This document shows, piece by piece, positions 59,755 to 64,000 of a DNA stretch of 64,000 bases. Every line of letters starts with the position of its first letter. The stretch's first letter is position 1. The position numbers and the translations under genes were made by a program. The stretch covers positions 1-64,000 of the forward strand of contig CAXXWS020000003.1 of the NCBI GenBank assembly GCA_963665325.3, given 5' to 3'. The notes under the pieces are model-generated. The model worked only from the letters and a program-made list of their open reading frames with translations. It was not told where the DNA came from and did not search any database. Source of the stretch: Alphaproteobacteria bacterium (GTDB lineage: Bacteria > Pseudomonadota > Alphaproteobacteria > Bin95).

Positions 59755-60872
59755 CCCGGAGGCCGATATTCCGGAGAGCGCGCGCTCCCCTGGCGATGCG
59801 CGCGGTGGGCTGGGCGCTCATGGCGGCGGTCCTGGGCTTGCTGCTCTGGATCGTCTTGGGCGGAGTTGCTCACTCCGGCGATCCGAAGGCAGAAGCGCGT
59901 GCCATCGGCAATGCGGGTACGGCCACCGCGCGCGCAATTGCAAGGGACGCCTCGAAGGCCGCCGCCGTGCCGGGCTATGCCGGCACGAACATCCCGGAGC
60001 GCAATATCGGCGCGAATGCCCTGGAGGACGAAGGCCGGGCCCGGCTCGCCGACCCGGACGATCCCGGCGGGCAGGCGGGACGCAGCGTCGTCGAGGGCGT
60101 GACGGTCCGGCCCCACGTGCCGGTGACGGTGAGCGATCCCGGCATCGCGCGCGGCAAGGCCGTCTCCGCCGATCCCGGCAATGCCGCCCATGGCGCCGAC
60201 AATCTCGCCTCGGGCAGCGTTTCCGACTGCGGCGCGGGATTGCAGGACGCGCAGGACGGCGGGGCTTGCGGCTCGGTCCGCTGGTGCGTCGGCGCCGGCT
60301 GCGAGACGGTGGAGCCGGAGGCCAATACCGGCTTCGTCGAGGCCACGACCCGGCTCAACATGACGCTGGAGCTGGGCGGCGAGGAGTTCGACCGCGAGAA
60401 CCTGCGCTTCTTCGCCGGCAAGCGGCGGCGCTGCCACATCCATTTCGGGGGGCTCGCGAACTGCTGCAGGAACTCGGGGCTCCTGGTCGGGCTCGCCAAC
60501 TGCTCGGCCTCGGAGCGCGAGCTGGCGAAGGAGCGCAACGCCGGCAACACCCACTATCTCGGCCGATACTGCTCGAAGCGCGTCTTCGGCGTCTGCATCC
60601 GCCGGTCGCGGGCCTGGTGCGTGTTCGGCTCGAAGCTCGGACGCATCCTCCAGCAGCAGGCGCGGCCCCAGCTCGGGATCGGCTGGGGCAGCTGCCGGGG
60701 TTTCTCGGTGGCCGAGGTCGAGCGCATCGATTTCGCGAGCCTCGATCTCTCCGAGTTCACGCAGGACCTGATGGACGGCTCGAAGGAGCCGGCGGTGACC
60801 CTGCCCGACGCCGGCGACACGCAGTCGGTCATGCGCGACCGGGTGCGCGACTTCTACGGGAGAAGCCCGTGA
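59751..60872 (+). CDS. traN: TraN mating-pair stabilisation protein (short form)
   Basis: FFAG…C…NCC, C…E..LA, HYLGRYC, C.F.SKLGRILQQQAR.QL, CRGFS..E…IDF..LDLSEF. Confidence 0.9.
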   Translation: MTRRPIFRRARAPLAMRAVGWALMAAVLGLLLWIVLGGVAHSGDPKAEARAIGNAGTATARAIARDASKAAAVPGYAGTNIPERNIGANALEDEGRARLADPDDPGGQAGRSVVEGVTVRPHVPVTVSDPGIARGKAVSADPGNAAHGADNLASGSVSDCGAGLQDAQDGGACGSVRWCVGAGCETVEPEANTGFVEATTRLNMTLELGGEEFDRENLRFFAGKRRRCHIHFGGLANCCRNSGLLVGLANCSASERELAKERNAGNTHYLGRYCSKRVFGVCIRRSRAWCVFGSKLGRILQQQARPQLGIGWGSCRGFSVAEVERIDFASLDLSEFTQDLMDGSKEPAVTLPDAGDTQSVMRDRVRDFYGRSP

Positions 60873-61729
60873 TGGCGGTCGCGGCGAAGCTCACCCTCTT
60901 GCGCGCCCTGGGACGCGTCCTTGCGGCGATCGGCATATGGGCGGCGCTCGGCGCCCCGGCGGCGGGCGGGGACACTCGTGCCGGAGAATGGCGGTCCTGG
61001 TGCACCGATCCGGGCTCCGGCGCCTCGCTCGGCTGGCACTTCTACTGCGACCGGGAGGAAGAGCGGCGGGAAGCCGAACCGGCGCCGGCGCAGCCGGAAC
61101 CGTCTGCCGCCAAGGATGCGCAATCGGCCACCGAGCGCATCATGGCGCTGCGCCGCGCTCTGGAGGAGGCCCGCGCCGAGGCGATCCTCGATCCAACGCC
61201 GGCGAAGGTGACCGCCTATCTGCGGCTTCAGCAGAAGACCCTGCAACGGGCCGCTGTCTTCTCCGACGCCTTCCGGCGCACGGTCTGGGCGACGCCGGAG
61301 CTCGACTACACGCTGAAGCGCCCGGTCGGCGCGCTCGCCAAGCAGGTCTGGTCGGACGAACGGCGCGAGGCCCGCGACCGGGCATTGGCGAGCCTGAAGG
61401 ACCGCTACGGGCTGATCTATCTGGGCCATGCCGGCTGTGCGGGCTGCAAGGTGTTCGGCCCGCTGCTGCGCGCCTTCGCCATGCGCCACGGCCTCGACGT
61501 GCTGGCCGTGTCGCTCACCGGCGCGGCGCTGGAGGGCTGGCCCGAGGCGGTCGCCGACAACGGGCGCGCCGCCCGGCTCGGCCTCGGCAACGCCCCGGTG
61601 CCAGCGCTGGTGCTGTTCGACACGAGGACGAAGCGCGTCCTGCCGGTCGGCTTCGGCGTGATGGCCGAGGACGAGATGGCCGAGCGCATCTTCGCGCTCA
61701 CCGCCCTGGAGCCCGGACATGACTATTGA
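60872..61729 (+). CDS. traF: F-type TraF (thioredoxin-like)
   Basis: GWHFYCD, AILDPT, PELDY, CAGC, VPALVL. Confidence 0.9.
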   Translation: MAVAAKLTLLRALGRVLAAIGIWAALGAPAAGGDTRAGEWRSWCTDPGSGASLGWHFYCDREEERREAEPAPAQPEPSAAKDAQSATERIMALRRALEEARAEAILDPTPAKVTAYLRLQQKTLQRAAVFSDAFRRTVWATPELDYTLKRPVGALAKQVWSDERREARDRALASLKDRYGLIYLGHAGCAGCKVFGPLLRAFAMRHGLDVLAVSLTGAALEGWPEAVADNGRAARLGLGNAPVPALVLFDTRTKRVLPVGFGVMAEDEMAERIFALTALEPGHDY

Positions 61730-63191
61730 GAATGCTCGCCCTCATATCGGCGGTATCCAGCTCCGGCTGCGCCGGATCGCTCTCGGCATGCTGCCGCACG
61801 CCATGATAGCCGCGACCGTGTTCGCCACCGCGCCGGCGAACGCGGACGTCCTCTCGGAGATGAACCGCTTCTGGCAGGGCGCGGCGGTCAATGTCACCGG
61901 CCCGACCGCGTTCAACGGTCAGGCCTCCGGCCATTGGACGCTGGGCAATCTCTATCTCCGCGCGCCCGTGCGCTCCGAGCAGGTCGCCACCGTGAGCCTG
62001 CCCTCCTTCCGCGCCGGCTGCGGCGGCATCGACGCCTTCGCCGGGGCGTTCTCGTTCATCAACTCGGACCAGCTGATCGCCTTCGGGCGCGCGGTCGCCC
62101 AGAACGCCGCCGGCTTCGCCTTCGAGCTGGCCCTGGAAACCATCTCGCCGGTGATCGCCGAGACCATGGCCAAGCTCAGGGCGCTGGCGCAATGGGTCAA
62201 CTCGCAGAACCTCAACTCCTGCGAGACCGCCCAGGCGCTGGTCGGCGCGCTCTGGTCGAAGAACGACCGGGCGAGCGCGTCGATCTGCGCCGCCATCGGC
62301 ACCAGCCAGGGCATCTTCTCCGACTATGCCGCCGCGAAGCACGGCTGCGGCGCCGACGGCAAGCGGAACTCCACCCTCGCCTCGGCCTCCGGGGCGATGG
62401 CCGACCAGGTGCCGGTCAACGTCAACTATGCCTGGAAGGCGATCAGGGCGTCGTCGTTCCTCTCGGGCGACACCCAGCTTGCGGAGTTCGCCATGGCGGT
62501 GACCGGCACGCTGATCGTCACGGCGCCCACCTCCGACGGCGACGCGTCGGGACCGCGGGTGCGCATCCTGGAGCCGCTGGCGCTCGACCGCCGGGTGACG
62601 GAAGTGCTGATGGAGGGCGGCGGCAGCCTGCCGGTCTATCGCTGCGATACGCCCGACCGCTGCCTCAACCCCACGCTCGGCACGGTATCGATCCCGGCCG
62701 ACCGGGGCTTCCGGGCGCGGGTGGCGGAGCTGCTGCGCGACCTCGTCGATGCGGTCAGGAACGATACCGCCCCGCCGGCCGCCGCGCTCGGTCTGGTCAA
62801 TCTCACCACCCTGCCGGTCTACCGGGTCGCCAATGCGGCAGCGGCCTATCGCGGCGCGGTGGTCGACCAGGAAATGGACGCGCTCGCCGAGGCCGTGGCG
62901 CTGGACGTCATGCAGGTCTGGCTCTCCGACCTCCACCGCACGGTCGAGGAACGCGCCGGAACCCTCGACATCGCCGACGGCGAGCAACTCCAGCGTTGGC
63001 GCGAGGGTCTCAGGACCAACCGCATCGCTCTGGCCCGGCACCGCAACGAGGGCTTGGCTCGCTTCAACACCGCGCTCGCCGTGGTCGAGAAGCTGCGCCT
63101 GATCGAGACCGAGCTCGCCGGGGCCCTCTCCGCCGATCTCCGCGCCGCACTCGCCTTCGCACGCGGCGGCGCCGGGGCCGGGTCCCGCTGA
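61719..63191 (+). CDS. traH: F-type TraH
   Basis: NVTGP.AF.GQ..G, LPS.RAGCGGIDAF.GAFSFIN, F.LALET..P, NSCETA. Confidence 0.93.
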   Translation: MTIENARPHIGGIQLRLRRIALGMLPHAMIAATVFATAPANADVLSEMNRFWQGAAVNVTGPTAFNGQASGHWTLGNLYLRAPVRSEQVATVSLPSFRAGCGGIDAFAGAFSFINSDQLIAFGRAVAQNAAGFAFELALETISPVIAETMAKLRALAQWVNSQNLNSCETAQALVGALWSKNDRASASICAAIGTSQGIFSDYAAAKHGCGADGKRNSTLASASGAMADQVPVNVNYAWKAIRASSFLSGDTQLAEFAMAVTGTLIVTAPTSDGDASGPRVRILEPLALDRRVTEVLMEGGGSLPVYRCDTPDRCLNPTLGTVSIPADRGFRARVAELLRDLVDAVRNDTAPPAAALGLVNLTTLPVYRVANAAAAYRGAVVDQEMDALAEAVALDVMQVWLSDLHRTVEERAGTLDIADGEQLQRWREGLRTNRIALARHRNEGLARFNTALAVVEKLRLIETELAGALSADLRAALAFARGGAGAGSR

Positions 63192-63216
63192 CCCGTGAAC
63201 GGGTGACACCTTAACT

Positions 63217-64000
63217 ATGTACGAGCTCTTCACCCTCGGCGGCGGCGCCTACCTGGTCGACCTGCTGAACGCGGTGGCCGCCATTACCGGCGGCGGGGCG
63301 TTTATCAATCTCGCGCAGCTGGCCGGCATGGCGGGTCTCGCCTGGGTCCTGTTCCGCACCGCCTTCGGCGGCTCGTGGAAGGACAACGCGAAGTGGATGC
63401 TGCTCTTCGCCGCCGTCTGGGGCGCGATGATCGTGCCGAAGGCGACGGTCAGGGTGGTCGACCGGCTCGATCCGGCGCTGGCGCCGGCGGTGGTCGCCAA
63501 CGTCCCCATCGGGCTCGCGCTGTTCGCGTCATTGACCAGCCAGGTCGGCGACGGTCTGACGCGCCTGACCGAACAGGCCTTCGCGCTGCCGAACGATCTC
63601 GCCTACCGGCGCCACGGGCTGATCTTCGGGGCGCGGCTGGCCGGCAAGGCGACCCGGCTCGAAGTGACCGACGCGGTGTTCGCAAGGAACATCCGCAACT
63701 ATGCCCGCCAGTGCGTCTTCCCCGCCCTGCTGCTGGGCCATGTCTCGGCGGACGATCTCAGGGAGAGCACCGACATCTGGCGGCTGGTGACCGCCACGGG
63801 CACGCCGTCGGCCGGGGCCTCGCCCGCGCGCATGGTCGAGTTCGCCACCAGGCAGGCCGCCTCCGGCACCGGCGCCACCACCGTAGACCGGACCATCGTC
63901 ACCTGCCGGGATGCGGCGGGCAGGCTGAATGCGCAGTGGAACGCCGAGATCGCGCGGGCCGGCACCATCTTCGGGCGGCGCATCTTCCCCGATGCCAGGA
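63217..64000 (+). CDS. traG: TraG N-terminal part (runs off the window)
   Basis: MYELFTLGGGAYLVDLLNAVAA…V.VVDR…VANVPIGLA…NY..QCV; follows traH. Confidence 0.9.
   Translation, partial: MYELFTLGGGAYLVDLLNAVAAITGGGAFINLAQLAGMAGLAWVLFRTAFGGSWKDNAKWMLLFAAVWGAMIVPKATVRVVDRLDPALAPAVVANVPIGLALFASLTSQVGDGLTRLTEQAFALPNDLAYRRHGLIFGARLAGKATRLEVTDAVFARNIRNYARQCVFPALLLGHVSADDLRESTDIWRLVTATGTPSAGASPARMVEFATRQAASGTGATTVDRTIVTCRDAAGRLNAQWNAEIARAGTIFGRRIFPDAR

Larger units (their letters stand above)
37400..64000 (+). mobile_element. Integrative conjugative element with an F-type T4SS (left boundary approximate; extends past the window)
   Basis: Integrases, TA module, FseA-like/RdfS regulators and contiguous tra genes. 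Confidence 0.85.

Noticed and set aside
1-64000. tRNA or rRNA genes as integration targets
   Set aside because: No cloverleaf or rRNA-like sequence was recognised by eye; tRNAscan-SE would be needed to exclude one.

Overview
GC-rich, almost entirely accessory window, probably from an alphaproteobacterium; the Calx-beta autotransporter and ICE style suggest a host-associated lineage such as a sponge symbiont (inference only). From left to right: (1) 1-10 kb is a defence island with a frameshifted GmrSD-like type IV nuclease converging on a complete type I R-M operon (hsdM-hsdS-hsdR plus an M48 peptidase). (2) 10.4-14.2 kb holds three consecutive tyrosine recombinases: two arm-type integrases and one Cre-like enzyme. 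(3) 14.6-19.3 kb is a co-oriented NADAR / double-AAA+ ATPase / DriD-like WYL regulator / HNH module. Its two promoters are duplicated and each carries a DriD-type palindromic box. This is the best candidate for an undescribed ssDNA-sensing defence or counter-defence system. (4) 19.3-24.5 kb is a ProU-type ABC transporter divergent from an adenosine/adenine-deaminase-family gene and a type II HAD. (5) 24.8-37.4 kb is the stump of a conjugative element (three RHH genes, relaxase C-terminus) plus many decayed ISs (IS21, IS110, IS3, MITEs, a group II intron fragment). (6) 37.5-64 kb is an F-type ICE: a second tandem integrase pair, a repeat-flanked HigBA-like TA module, an 8-bp microsatellite ahead of a 1.7-kaa Calx-beta autotransporter, a split FseA-like activator, RdfS, and traA-L-E-K-B-V-C-(HD)-trbI-trhF-traW-ssb-traU-trbC-traN-F-H-G running off the window. 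No rRNA, tRNA or CRISPR array was recognised. All family assignments come from motif recognition by eye, not from database searches.
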